Assembly: GCA_030689595.1 (NCBI GenBank)
Contig: JAUYHP010000018.1
Location: 1 to 62,857 of the forward strand
DNA: 62,857 nt
Direction: 5' to 3'
From: a bacterium
GTDB taxonomy: Bacteria > Patescibacteriota > Minisyncoccia > UBA6257 > WO2-44-18
The notes under the pieces are model-generated. The model saw only the letters and a list, made by a program, of their open reading frames with translations. It made no database searches and was not told the origin of the DNA. Shown here piece by piece: positions 1 through 9,556 of the stretch (its first letter is position 1; every line of letters starts with the position of its first letter). The position numbers and the translations under genes were made by a program.

Positions 1-136
1 AACCATCAATCATGATATCTAAACTATATATTGAATATACGGAGGCGCTATCAAACTACATGAAACAAGCTAGAACAATAATTAATCTAATAGGCAGCAC
101 CCACATATTACCTGGGCGCCTCCTATTTCTAACGGG

Positions 137-2155
137 ATGAAACTCATAATAGTAGAATCTCCAACTAAAGCCAAAACCATAGGAAAATTTTTGGGTAAAG
201 ATTATCAAGTCGAATCTTCCTTCGGCCACGTTCGCGATCTCCCAAAAAGCAAACTGGGTATCGATGTCGAAAACAACTTCGAGCCTCATTATATTATTCC
301 CGTAAAAGCCAAAAAGAATGTCACTAAGTTAAAAAAAGATGCCAAGAAATCTGATGGCGTCATATTGGCGACTGACGAAGATCGCGAAGGAGAGGCTATA
401 GCTTGGCATCTCGCCCAAGCATTGGAAATTGACGGCGCTAAGGCCGAGCGCATTGTGTTCCATGAAATAACCAAGACAGCTATTGCCGAAGCCCTTAAAA
501 ATCCACGGCACATCAATCAGGACCTAGTTGATGCTCAGCAAGCACGGCGCGTCTTAGATCGTTTAGTCGGCTATCAACTCTCTCCGTTCCTCTGGAAAAA
601 AGTCGCTCGTGGCCTTTCGGCCGGGCGAGTGCAATCGGTAGCTATGCGCTTAATAGTTGAGCGTGAAAATGAAATAAGAGCATTTAAGCCTGAAGAATAT
701 TGGACCATTATGGCCAGCTTCCTAAACAGCGTGGAGGCAGATTTAGCTAAGATAGACAACGAAACGTTGGATAAATTTGCCATCAAAACTCAAGCCGAAG
801 CAGATAAACTAGTGGCTGATCTCAAGAACCAAAACTTCGCCGTAACAAAAGTAAATAAAAAAACGACTTATAAAAATCCGCTGCCACCATTCATCACCAG
901 CACCCTTCAGCAAGAAAGCGTTAAACGACTTGGCTATTCGTCCAAAAAAACCATGTTTTTGGCCCAACGTTTATACGAGCAGGGTCTAATTACTTATATG
1001 AGGACTGACTCGGTAAATCTATCGCAAGAAGCCCTGGGAGCCGCCAAGGGCTGGCTGGCAAAAAACTATGGCGAAGACTATGCAGCATCAGCCCCTAGGG
1101 TTTTTACCAGCAAATCACGCCTAGCCCAAGAGGCTCACGAAGCCATAAGGCCGACTGATATAAACAATTCTCCTGACAGTATCAAGGACGAAGCTATTAA
1201 AAAAGTTTATCGACTAATCTGGCAAAGATTTACAGCCTCACAGATGCCGCCAGCCAAAGTAGCTGTAACTTCTATCGAGATCCATGCCGGCCAATATACC
1301 CTTAAGACCTCTGGCCAACAGATTGTGTTTGATGGGTATCTTAAAGTCTGGCCACAAAAATTTGCCGAGCGAACCTTGCCAGAATTGAGTGAAGGCCAAG
1401 TTTTAGAATTAGAAGGCATTATTCCGCAACAACATTTTACCGAACCACCGGCGCGCTATAGCGAAGCCGGCCTAATCAAAACCCTAGAAGAATACGGCAT
1501 CGGCCGCCCATCAACCTATGCGCCAATTATTTCAGTTATACAATTGCGCAATTACGCCAGCAAAGAAAAAGGCAGATTTCATCCTACAGAAATCGGTGAA
1601 ATAGTTAACAAAGTTTTAACCGAGCACTTCCCAGAAGTAGTCGACATTAATTTTACCGCCACCATGGAGGAGAGGTTAGACAATGTTGCCGATGGTAAAG
1701 AAAAATGGCAAAAAACTATCAAAGAATTTCACGATCCGTTCGCCAAACACTTAGCGGCTAAGTATGAAGAGGTATCTAAAGACGACGTCATGCCCGAAGA
1801 ACAAACTGACGAAAAATGTGAAAAATGCAGCAAGCCAATGATCATCAAATATGGCCGCTTTGGAAAATTTATGGCTTGTAGCGGATTCCCCGATTGCAAG
1901 ACAACTAAACAATTACCAAAAGCAGCACCAAAATCTACTGGCATTAAATGCTCCAAGTGTAACGAAGGGGAATTAGTTGAGCGCCGCGTCAGTAAGGGCC
2001 GCGCTCGCGGAAAAATATTTTGGGGATGCTCTAAATATCCAGCCTGCGACAATGCTAGCTGGGAAGATCCGACTAAGCCTAAGGAAGAAAAAGAAAAGAC
2101 CCCGAATAAATCGGAGCCTGATGAAAAATCTGAAATCAATAAGCCGTTGTCTTAG
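137..2155 (+). CDS. topA: DNA topoisomerase I
   Basis: 672-aa ORF. Toprim N-terminus MKLIIVESPTKAKTIGKFLG, DEDREGE acidic cluster, active-site YMRTDS, and C-terminal CxxC..CxxC zinc ribbons. Confidence 0.95.
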   Translation: MKLIIVESPTKAKTIGKFLGKDYQVESSFGHVRDLPKSKLGIDVENNFEPHYIIPVKAKKNVTKLKKDAKKSDGVILATDEDREGEAIAWHLAQALEIDGAKAERIVFHEITKTAIAEALKNPRHINQDLVDAQQARRVLDRLVGYQLSPFLWKKVARGLSAGRVQSVAMRLIVERENEIRAFKPEEYWTIMASFLNSVEADLAKIDNETLDKFAIKTQAEADKLVADLKNQNFAVTKVNKKTTYKNPLPPFITSTLQQESVKRLGYSSKKTMFLAQRLYEQGLITYMRTDSVNLSQEALGAAKGWLAKNYGEDYAASAPRVFTSKSRLAQEAHEAIRPTDINNSPDSIKDEAIKKVYRLIWQRFTASQMPPAKVAVTSIEIHAGQYTLKTSGQQIVFDGYLKVWPQKFAERTLPELSEGQVLELEGIIPQQHFTEPPARYSEAGLIKTLEEYGIGRPSTYAPIISVIQLRNYASKEKGRFHPTEIGEIVNKVLTEHFPEVVDINFTATMEERLDNVADGKEKWQKTIKEFHDPFAKHLAAKYEEVSKDDVMPEEQTDEKCEKCSKPMIIKYGRFGKFMACSGFPDCKTTKQLPKAAPKSTGIKCSKCNEGELVERRVSKGRARGKIFWGCSKYPACDNASWEDPTKPKEEKEKTPNKSEPDEKSEINKPLS

Positions 2156-3131
2156 TTAGATGCGGTGGCACAGCACATTCACGTCCGGCTTGCCAAAGAA
2201 AGTAATCCAATTCAACCATTGTTATCACTTTTTTAGATCCTGCCAAACGCAATTCGTTAATCCTATCAAGTAACATCTCCACGGCGTAGATAGTGCCAAG
2301 ACGTATCTCAACTTCTTCGCGACTACCACTGGCTAATTGTTGCCGATGGTCAATCTTGTAGCTCAACCCCCGGTCATAATCTAAAATATTCATAGACCTC
2401 AGGGCATTGGGCACAGCAGCATCAGTAACTGACTTCAAGTTTTCGCCATCTACCAAGGGCTTTAGCGCCTTGCCAGACATTAACGCTCTGCCTTGATACA
2501 TCAAGGCCAACAGATTGGCTCTTTTGTTCAAGTAAAGCCGCACTCGACGCTCTCCAAGGCATTCTATAAATTCCCTATCCAATATAAAGAAATCCGAGCC
2601 GTAGGCTGTTGGGAAAAGACTGCATAATACTTCTACCAAATCGCAAGTTTTATATTTAGCCAATCGTAACAACTTAGCCATATCGTCATCAAAGACCCTC
2701 TTCATGACATCAGCCACTTCGCGAAGATTGCGCCTACGAGCCTCAAGCAACGGCGGCAGCCCATTCATGCCACGCATAAATTGTTCAAAATCTGTCCCAT
2801 CGCCAGTTATTCTCAACATTTCACTAGCTGAAATTCGGCTGTCGCCAAAGCGTCGATAAAAACAATGTCCCATCGCAACAGATCCAGTAAATTCTCTAGC
2901 TCTAAATCTTTCGTAAGGACGGTGAAAATTAGTGAAAGCGAAGTCAACAGCGCAAAGATATGGTAGCCAACTCAAAAAAACCTTATGATCTTTAGGTAAT
3001 ACATTTTCAATCTGCCAATCTGGAATTATAAATTCATGATCTGCTAAAATTTCAGCCCTTCGCTCAATCTCCCCTTCATCAACAGTAACCCATTTGGGCG
3101 TCATCAATTTCTGCAAGTCGCTTAACTGCAT
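2136..3131 (-). CDS. queuosine salvage family protein (DUF2419 / Qng1-like)
   Basis: 331-aa ORF. The C-terminal half aligns by eye with human QNG1/C9orf64: SREEVEIR vs DRQEVEIR, ELDYFLW vs LLDYYLW, terminal PPHLTKTTAY vs PFHRIRCIYY. It converges on topA with a 20-nt overlap. Confidence 0.6.
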   Translation of the reverse strand: MQLSDLQKLMTPKWVTVDEGEIERRAEILADHEFIIPDWQIENVLPKDHKVFLSWLPYLCAVDFAFTNFHRPYERFRAREFTGSVAMGHCFYRRFGDSRISASEMLRITGDGTDFEQFMRGMNGLPPLLEARRRNLREVADVMKRVFDDDMAKLLRLAKYKTCDLVEVLCSLFPTAYGSDFFILDREFIECLGERRVRLYLNKRANLLALMYQGRALMSGKALKPLVDGENLKSVTDAAVPNALRSMNILDYDRGLSYKIDHRQQLASGSREEVEIRLGTIYAVEMLLDRINELRLAGSKKVITMVELDYFLWQAGRECAVPPHLTKTTAY

Positions 3132-3236
3132 TGTTTAGCTACCTCCAAGATATTTTCGATGAACTTGCCGAGATAGCATAAAATCTCCGACTGTTGCCGT
3201 CAACCCCCCTTTCGTTATACATTGAAGAAAAGATGT

Positions 3237-4922
3237 ATGGAAAATTTTAACGAGCTCTTACAGAACAACAACTTTATAAAGAAAGCCCACGAATTCAGCA
3301 AGAAAGCCCACCATGGCCAAAAGAGGAAAAACAGTGAGCCATATTTTAATCATTGCGTGGCAGCAGCCGAATCAGTAGTTAGCTGGGGGCTAGACGAACA
3401 AACGGTTGCAGCCGCACTTTTGCACGACGTAGTTGAGGATACGCCTCATACCCTAGATGAAATAAAGGGGCTCTTTGGTGAAGAGGTGGCCTTTCTGGTC
3501 GACGGCGTTACGAAAGTTGGCATGGTCCGCTATCGGGGCATAGAAGCTAAAGTAGAAAACTTGCGTAAATTTATACTCTACTTAAGCCAAGACATCAGAG
3601 TAATTTTGGTTAAGTTGGCTGACCGACTACACAACATGCGCACGCTGTATGCCGTCCATCCCCAAAAACAAAAACGTATAGCCCTAGAAACTACTGAAAT
3701 CTATGCACCGCTAGCATATCGACTGGGAATGCAAAGATTAAGCGGAGAGCTGGAAGACTTGGCTTTTCCTTATATATATCCACAAGAATACAAATGGCTG
3801 ATTGCCAATGTTAAGGGTCGCTATGAGGAGCGTGAAAAATATGCCCAAAAATTTAAACCGGCCATAGAAACTATGTTGACCGATAATCAGATCGCGCTGA
3901 CAAGAATAGACTCACGAGCCAAGCGCTACGCTAGTTTATATAAAAAATTGTTGCGCTACGACATGAACATTGATCACATTTATGACCTAGTGGCTATACG
4001 CGCTATCGTGCCAACTATAGAAGATTGCTATGCCGCTCTAGGAATAATACATCAGCACTGGCCACCGGTACCTGGACGCATAAAAGACTACATCGCGCTA
4101 CCAAAACCAAACGGCTATCGCAGCTTACACACCGTGGTTTTTGGCCCTGACAATAAATTAACTGAAATACAAATTCGCACAGCCCAGATGCATGATGAGG
4201 CTGAATTTGGTATTGCTGCCCACTTGGCTTATCAACAACAAAAGGGCACTAAAAATTATATTGAGCGCAAAGTTGCGATGGCAGATAAAAAAGAATTGAT
4301 GTGGATCAAGCAATTACAAAATTGGCAAAAGGAATTTACTAATACCGAGGAATTTGTCCAATCGCTTAAAATAGATTTCTTCAAAGATAGGATTTTAGCC
4401 TTAACACCTAAGGGCGAGGTTATCGATTTGCCAGCTGGAGCTACGCCAATAGATTTTGCTTATCAGATTCATAGTGAAATCGGCAGCAGTTGTGTTGGTG
4501 CAAAGGTAAACGGCAAAATAGCGCCTCTAGACGATAAATTAAGCTCCGGTGACATGGTAGAGATCAATGTACAAAAGAGCAAGAAGCCGTCAGCCTCTTG
4601 GTTAGACTTTGTTAAAACCAGTCATGCCAGAAATCATATAAAGGCTGCCCTCAGACAAAGCCCGGATAGCTTTATCAAAGAGCCTCCTAAAAAAACCGAG
4701 CTAAAATTGGCCGTTAAAAATTCTATCGGATTGCTTAAAGACGTAACTGGTATAATCTCCAGGTCTCATATAGATATACATTCAGTTAATACCCAGGGCA
4801 GTGAAAAGGCGCCTATTATCAAGATCGTTATAGATGTCCTGCTAAAGGATAAATTAGAAAAATTGTTGGCTAAACTGAAAAAGTTGAAGGGGGTGGAGAC
4901 GATAACTCATCGTGCTTTTTGA
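3237..4922 (+). CDS. rel: bifunctional (p)ppGpp synthetase/hydrolase, RelA/SpoT family
   Basis: HD hydrolase motifs (HHGQKR, LLHDVVEDT), synthetase core (GYRSLHT), and TGS and ACT-like C-terminal regions. The first ATG is at 3237; the track ORF starts at TTG 3222. Confidence 0.9.
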   Translation: MENFNELLQNNNFIKKAHEFSKKAHHGQKRKNSEPYFNHCVAAAESVVSWGLDEQTVAAALLHDVVEDTPHTLDEIKGLFGEEVAFLVDGVTKVGMVRYRGIEAKVENLRKFILYLSQDIRVILVKLADRLHNMRTLYAVHPQKQKRIALETTEIYAPLAYRLGMQRLSGELEDLAFPYIYPQEYKWLIANVKGRYEEREKYAQKFKPAIETMLTDNQIALTRIDSRAKRYASLYKKLLRYDMNIDHIYDLVAIRAIVPTIEDCYAALGIIHQHWPPVPGRIKDYIALPKPNGYRSLHTVVFGPDNKLTEIQIRTAQMHDEAEFGIAAHLAYQQQKGTKNYIERKVAMADKKELMWIKQLQNWQKEFTNTEEFVQSLKIDFFKDRILALTPKGEVIDLPAGATPIDFAYQIHSEIGSSCVGAKVNGKIAPLDDKLSSGDMVEINVQKSKKPSASWLDFVKTSHARNHIKAALRQSPDSFIKEPPKKTELKLAVKNSIGLLKDVTGIISRSHIDIHSVNTQGSEKAPIIKIVIDVLLKDKLEKLLAKLKKLKGVETITHRAF

Positions 4923-5745
4923 CCAACTTATCAATAAGCCCCTGCAATTCCTCAGAAGAATAAAAAGCAATAGTTATTTTGCCCGTAGCGCCGGTTTTCT
5001 CTAGCTTAACCTTAGTGCCAAGCGCGGCCTCAAGTTCCTTTTGTAATAGTTGAGCCTCTAGATCAACTACTGGCTGATCGACGACTTGGTCTGATGCCAC
5101 CTCGCTCTTTTTAAGTTGATCAATGCGCGACTTAAGATCACGTACGCTCAAACTATTCCTGATTATGTCGTTAAAAAGCATCTGCTGCTTATCTGGCTCG
5201 GCTATCGCCAATAGTAAGCGCGCCTGGCTTTCGCTGATAAGAGACTTGGATACAGCCTCTTGTATTTCAGTGGGCAGATTAAGTAAGCGCACTGTATTGG
5301 CCACGGTCTCGCGGCTCTTGCCAATGCGAGTAGCAATCTCCCTTTGCGTCAGTCCGAATTGATCCTGCAATTTAGCAAAAGCACGAGCTGATTCGATGGG
5401 ATTAAGGTTCTCTCTTTGAATGTTTTCGATGATGGCCAATTCTAATTGCTCTCGGCCTAAGCTCACATTTTTAACAATGGCCGGAATGCGCTCTAGGCCT
5501 AACTTTTTGCAAGCCATGAGCCGGCGCTCACCAGCAATTAAAATATACTCCACTGCCGTGCCAGTGGGGGTTTCCAACTCATTTTTAGAAACGGTTATTG
5601 GCTGTAATAGGCCGAATTCTCGAATAGAAGACGCCAAATCATTCAATGCATCTTCGTCAAAGACTTTTCTCGGCTGTTGTGGATTTGGCTTGATCTTCTC
5701 AACTTCAATCAAAAAAACCGGATTGTGCATTTGCATCTCGCTCAT
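4870..5745 (-). CDS. parB: chromosome partitioning protein ParB
   Basis: ParB N-terminal box (FGLLQPITV, IAGERRLMA) and an HTH (TQREIATRIGKSRETVANTVRLL). The track ORF runs on to 5877 through tRNA-like DNA, so the ATG at 5745 (MSEMQMHNP) is preferred. Confidence 0.9.
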   Translation of the reverse strand: MSEMQMHNPVFLIEVEKIKPNPQQPRKVFDEDALNDLASSIREFGLLQPITVSKNELETPTGTAVEYILIAGERRLMACKKLGLERIPAIVKNVSLGREQLELAIIENIQRENLNPIESARAFAKLQDQFGLTQREIATRIGKSRETVANTVRLLNLPTEIQEAVSKSLISESQARLLLAIAEPDKQQMLFNDIIRNSLSVRDLKSRIDQLKKSEVASDQVVDQPVVDLEAQLLQKELEAALGTKVKLEKTGATGKITIAFYSSEELQGLIDKLVKKHDELSSPPPSTFSV

Positions 5746-5812
5746 AATAAATATCTTATCATAGAATTGAAAAATATGGCTATATAATAGTATAATCACA
5801 AGTACATGATAT

Positions 5813-5863
5813 GCCCGGGTGGTGGAATGGCAGACCTGCCTGCCGGCAGGCAGGCACGCACGA
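5813..5863 (+). repeat. orphan copy of tRNA-Leu(CAA) positions 1-31, interrupted by a 20-nt palindromic insert
   Basis: 5813-5835 is identical to 6125-6147 (23 nt) and 5856-5863 is identical to 6148-6155 (8 nt). The 18-nt perfect palindrome ctgcctgccggcaggcag lies at 5836-5853. Confidence 0.85.
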
Positions 5864-5869
5864 AGACAT

Positions 5870-6124
5870 ATGTACACAATTTATATATTGCAAAGCTTGG
5901 CTAGAAATTATATTTATGTTGGCATGACTAACAATATCGAACGCAGATTAGGGCAGCATCAACAAGGCAAAGCAAAAACCACCAAGGCGTATCGACCATT
6001 TAAGCTGATCTTTACAGAGGAGCGCAATACTAGACAAGAAGCCCGTAATAGAGAAAAATATTTAAAGTCGGGTATTGGCAAGGAATGGATTAAATCGGTG
6101 GTGCTAAAACGACAAGCAACATAA
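5870..6124 (+). CDS. GIY-YIG nuclease family protein (small, stand-alone)
   Basis: 84 aa from ATG 5870. Motif set YIYVGMTNNIERRLGQH...RE..LK fits the GIY-YIG fold. The TAA stop directly abuts the first base of tRNA-Leu. Confidence 0.85.
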   Translation: MYTIYILQSLARNYIYVGMTNNIERRLGQHQQGKAKTTKAYRPFKLIFTEERNTRQEARNREKYLKSGIGKEWIKSVVLKRQAT

Positions 6125-6205
6125 GCCCGGGTGGTGGAATGGCAGACACGCACGACTCAAAATCGTGTGCCGCAAGGCATGAGAGTTCGAGTCTCTCCCC
6201 GGGCA
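6125..6205 (+). tRNA. tRNA-Leu (anticodon CAA)
   Basis: Hand-folded cloverleaf: acceptor gcccggg/cccgggc, anticodon arm cacga-ctCAAaa-tcgtg, long variable arm, and T arm gagag-ttcgagt-ctctc. CCA is not encoded. Confidence 0.9.
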
Positions 6206-6340
6206 CTAGTAGAGACATTTTCAGGATTAGGAAAGAGGAGCGAAGCGCGTGCGAAGTAGGTTCGCGCAAAGTGTATAATTACAGCACCAGAAGCGCACGA
6301 CTTTCGGGTACGGCGCTTTTTTATTCATAAAACTTCCCAA

Positions 6341-6370
6341 TTGTCATCTTTTTATATAACATGGTATAAT
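6341..6370 (+). promoter_or_regulatory. sigma70-like promoter for the tRNA-Leu(TAG)-infB unit
   Basis: TTGTCA (6341-6346), an 18-nt spacer, then TATAAT (6365-6370), about 12 nt before the tRNA. Confidence 0.5.
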
Positions 6371-6381
6371 AAGGCAACTTG

Positions 6382-6462
6382 GGGCGAGTGGCGGAATGGC
6401 AGACGCACTAGCTTTAGGAGCTAGCGCCGCAAGGCGTGTGGGTTCAAGTCCCACCTCGCCCA
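6382..6462 (+). tRNA. tRNA-Leu (anticodon TAG)
   Basis: Acceptor gggcgag/ctcgccc, anticodon arm ctagc-ttTAGga-gctag, long variable arm, and T arm gtggg-ttcaagt-cccac. Confidence 0.9.
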
Positions 6463-6486
6463 CAAAAACTAAATTATTTAATCACT

Positions 6487-7926
6487 ATGGAAAATAAACG
6501 ATCCCCAGTAGTGGTAGTTATGGGCCACGTTGATCATGGCAAGACTGCGCTATTGGATTACATTCGGAAAACTTCGGTTGTAGCTAAAGAGGCTGGTGGC
6601 ATAACCCAGTCTATTGGCGCATATGAAATAAAACACAACGACCAACGCATAACCTTCATTGACACTCCTGGCCACCAAGCCTTTTCCAAAATGAGAGCTC
6701 GGGGAACTAAAGCTGCCGATATCGCTATTTTAGTCGTATCAGCTGACGATGGCGTGAAACTACAAACTAAAGAAGCAATCCAAATCGCCAAAGAAGCTAA
6801 AATACCATTTGTGGTAGCTATAAATAAAATCGACAAGCCTAACGCCGATATAGAAAAAACTAAGAACGACCTCATGAACGAAAGCGTCCTACTTGAAGGC
6901 CATGGCGGCAATGTTAGCTTCCAGCTCATTTCTGCCAAAACCGGCGAAGGCATCGATGAATTATTGGATCTCGTCTTATTAGTCGCTGAAGCGGAAGTAG
7001 CTGATTTATCTTTTGACCCAGATGCACCAACTAAAGGCTTTATATTGGAGTCGCAGATGGACAAACGTCAGGGCATAATTGCCAATGTCATAGTTAAAAA
7101 TGGCACCTTGCGGACCGGCGACGCTATAGCCGCTGGCTCTGCTGGTGGGAAAATAAAAATACTAAGAGATTTCTTGGGAGAAAAGATCAATGAAGCTATC
7201 CCATCCAGCCCAGTTCAAATATTAGGTTTCGATGCGCTACCAGGAGTTGGTGAGCATTTTATGAGTGGGGGCAGCGTCATGCCAACAAAGCCAATAACAG
7301 AAACTCCGAAGCCGATGACTGAAGCGACTTCCGAAGATCAAAACAAGACAACTATCAATCTAATATTGAAAGGTGATGTTTCGGGATCCATCGAAGCATT
7401 GGCTGAAGTGATCAAGAGTTTACCAATTTTAGAAAATGTTGATTTGAGAATCATAAACGAATCCGTTGGAGAAATTAGCGATGGCGATGTAAAGTCGGCC
7501 GTCGCTTCCAAGGCCATAATCATCGGATTTGGTGTAAAAGTTAACAAGGCTGCTGAGAACTTAAGCAAAGCCCAAAATGTGAAAATAATAAAATCAGATA
7601 TAATCTATGAATTAATCAAAGCCGTAGGAGACGAGATGGCAACATCTCAAAGGGGCTACTCCAAGGGTATTCTGGAAATATTGGCCATATTCGGCAAAAA
7701 AGATAATGACAAACAAATCGTTGGCGGCAAAGTAACAGAAGGCGAAATTAGCAATAATGCGACTATAGAAATTGAAAGAAAAGGCGAAATGGTTGGTAGC
7801 GGCAAGATAGTTAATCTACAGCAAAGCAGAAAGGATGCGGCTGTCGTTGCTGCTGGAAACGAATCCGGGCTATTGGTGGCCTCAGACACAGAAATAAAAG
7901 TAGGAGATCATTTGATTTTAAGATAA
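6487..7926 (+). CDS. infB: translation initiation factor IF-2 (short form starting at the G domain)
   Basis: GHVDHGKT, DTPGH and NKID G-motifs. The track ORF start at 6436 is a translation of the tRNA; the ATG at 6487 (MENKRSPVVVVMGHVDHGKT) gives 479 aa. Confidence 0.9.
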   Translation: MENKRSPVVVVMGHVDHGKTALLDYIRKTSVVAKEAGGITQSIGAYEIKHNDQRITFIDTPGHQAFSKMRARGTKAADIAILVVSADDGVKLQTKEAIQIAKEAKIPFVVAINKIDKPNADIEKTKNDLMNESVLLEGHGGNVSFQLISAKTGEGIDELLDLVLLVAEAEVADLSFDPDAPTKGFILESQMDKRQGIIANVIVKNGTLRTGDAIAAGSAGGKIKILRDFLGEKINEAIPSSPVQILGFDALPGVGEHFMSGGSVMPTKPITETPKPMTEATSEDQNKTTINLILKGDVSGSIEALAEVIKSLPILENVDLRIINESVGEISDGDVKSAVASKAIIIGFGVKVNKAAENLSKAQNVKIIKSDIIYELIKAVGDEMATSQRGYSKGILEILAIFGKKDNDKQIVGGKVTEGEISNNATIEIERKGEMVGSGKIVNLQQSRKDAAVVAAGNESGLLVASDTEIKVGDHLILR

Positions 7927-7927
7927 A

Positions 7928-8257
7928 ATGAAGCTTCATCGCACTGAGCGAATAAGTAAATTGATTATGGAATATCTCAACGAGATAATCATCCGCGAGA
8001 TAGAGCTACCGAACGTTATGGCCACCATCACTGCAGTGGATGTAGCCAAAGATCATAGTAGGGCCATAGTTAGGGTAAGCGTGCTTCCATCTGATAAAAG
8101 TGCTGGCGTCGTAAAAACGCTCAATCATACACGTGGCCGACTACAATATCAGCTGCAAAGAAAAATCAATATAAGACCGATGCCTAAGATAATTTTCGAA
8201 GTAGACAAAGGACCTGAACAAGCCGCCGCCGTAGAAAAAGCACTGCTTAATAAATAA
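7928..8257 (+). CDS. rbfA: ribosome-binding factor A
   Basis: 109 aa with RbfA-like sequence (RTERISKLIMEYLNEII...VDVAKDHSRAIVRVSVL). It lies immediately after infB. Confidence 0.85.
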   Translation: MKLHRTERISKLIMEYLNEIIIREIELPNVMATITAVDVAKDHSRAIVRVSVLPSDKSAGVVKTLNHTRGRLQYQLQRKINIRPMPKIIFEVDKGPEQAAAVEKALLNK

Positions 8258-8281
8258 AATGCCCCCCTGTTCCTCTCCATC

Positions 8282-9139
8282 TTACGCTTTGGCGCTATGG
8301 ATGACCATTTGAGGAAATGGAATTTCTATCCCTTCTTTGTCAAAAACAATCTTTAGTCTTTTTCTAAACTCACCAGCAACCTCCCATTGTTTAAGCGGCT
8401 TCGTGTCGCCCAATATCTTTATCATAACAGCCGAGTCGGCAAAATCATTCACGCGCAAAAATTGTGGCGCTTTAGTAATATGTTCTTTCCAAGCTGGGTC
8501 TTCGGCCAGCCCTAGGCCGACTCTATTAACCACAGAAATAACCTGCTCCAAATCAGCACTATAAGATATGCCGATATTAAGATGTATCCTAGAAAACCCC
8601 TTGGAAAGATTGGTTACTTTGGCTATTTCCCCATGAGGTACATGATGGACGTCGCCATCCAGATTGCGCAACGTAGTCATGCGCAATGTGATATCTTCTA
8701 CTGCTCCACAAGTATCACCAAAACAAACCACGTCGCCAATGCGATATTGATTTTCCATTATAATAAACAGACCGCTAATAAGGTCCTTAATTAGATATTG
8801 ACCACCGAAACCGAAAGCTACGCCAGCAATCCCAGCAGCCGCCAACAATGGACCGATGGCCACGCCAACAGATTGCAGGATAGTTAGCGCAGCTATTGAC
8901 CACACTACTACACCCAATGACCCAGAAAAGATTCTAATCAGCGTATCTTCGCGCTTTTTTTCGGCTTCTTTGGGTAAATGCTTATCGGCAACGATAGCTC
9001 TACGAACTAATCTCTCTATAAAAGCTGAGCCGAATCTACGCAGCACATAGGCAACTAATAAAATTACGATTATTTTAAGGCCGTTGTCCAAAAGCCAAGG
9101 GATCAAACTGTCGATGAATTGTGAAAATATATCAGTCAT
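8282..9139 (-). CDS. mechanosensitive ion channel, MscS family
   Basis: Three N-terminal TM helices followed by the MscS beta-domain signature (IMENQYRIGDVV...VEDITLRMTTLRNLDGDVHHVPHGEI). Confidence 0.85.
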   Translation of the reverse strand: MTDIFSQFIDSLIPWLLDNGLKIIVILLVAYVLRRFGSAFIERLVRRAIVADKHLPKEAEKKREDTLIRIFSGSLGVVVWSIAALTILQSVGVAIGPLLAAAGIAGVAFGFGGQYLIKDLISGLFIIMENQYRIGDVVCFGDTCGAVEDITLRMTTLRNLDGDVHHVPHGEIAKVTNLSKGFSRIHLNIGISYSADLEQVISVVNRVGLGLAEDPAWKEHITKAPQFLRVNDFADSAVMIKILGDTKPLKQWEVAGEFRKRLKIVFDKEGIEIPFPQMVIHSAKA

Positions 9140-9255
9140 TGCAAATACTTTAACAGATTTATCGATCTATGGCAAAGCAAAAATATTTAAACGCGGCATA
9201 GATAATCGTTATTAATAAAGCCCCGCTGGTTATGCGGGGCATCTTTTGTGTGAAA

Positions 9256-9438
9256 TTATTGCTTACGAGGAAGCCTGCACTCCGTCAGGCTGGATAACGC
9301 GAAGCATGACGCGGCAAACAACATGGCAAAAACTAGAAACGTAGGAGCATTGCTATGTGACATCACCGCAGACACCAAAACCGATGCCAGTGAGGCTACA
9401 ATATTCATAACAATCATGCTCTTGCTGTAATGAACCAT
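9256..9438 (-). CDS. small hydrophobic membrane protein
   Basis: 60 aa with two TM-like segments. A GAGGAG SD lies 6 nt upstream of the ATG, and a hairpin terminator follows at 9219-9247. Confidence 0.4.
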   Translation of the reverse strand: MVHYSKSMIVMNIVASLASVLVSAVMSHSNAPTFLVFAMLFAASCFALSSLTECRLPRKQ

Positions 9439-9556
9439 ATCTCTCTCCTCGGATTTAATGTGCAGAGAACAATAACTTAATAAGACGATTGCATTACATG
9501 ACCTGGGTCACGTCAACTTCGACAATGCCGACACAAAATAATGTATAATAAATGTT

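Noticed and set aside
5819-6330. Track ORFs 5819-6124 (N-terminal extension MVEWQTCLPAGRHARRH), 5959-6153(-) and 6139-6330(+).
   Set aside because: These stretches are translations of the tRNA-Leu half copy, the palindrome and the intact tRNA-Leu(CAA). The GIY-YIG gene is called from ATG 5870, and the others overlap the tRNA or a better-supported gene.
6436-6486. N-terminal 17 codons of the track infB ORF (MWVQVPPRPQKLNYLIT).
   Set aside because: They read through the T arm and acceptor of tRNA-Leu(TAG). The homologous IF-2 G domain starts right after the ATG at 6487.
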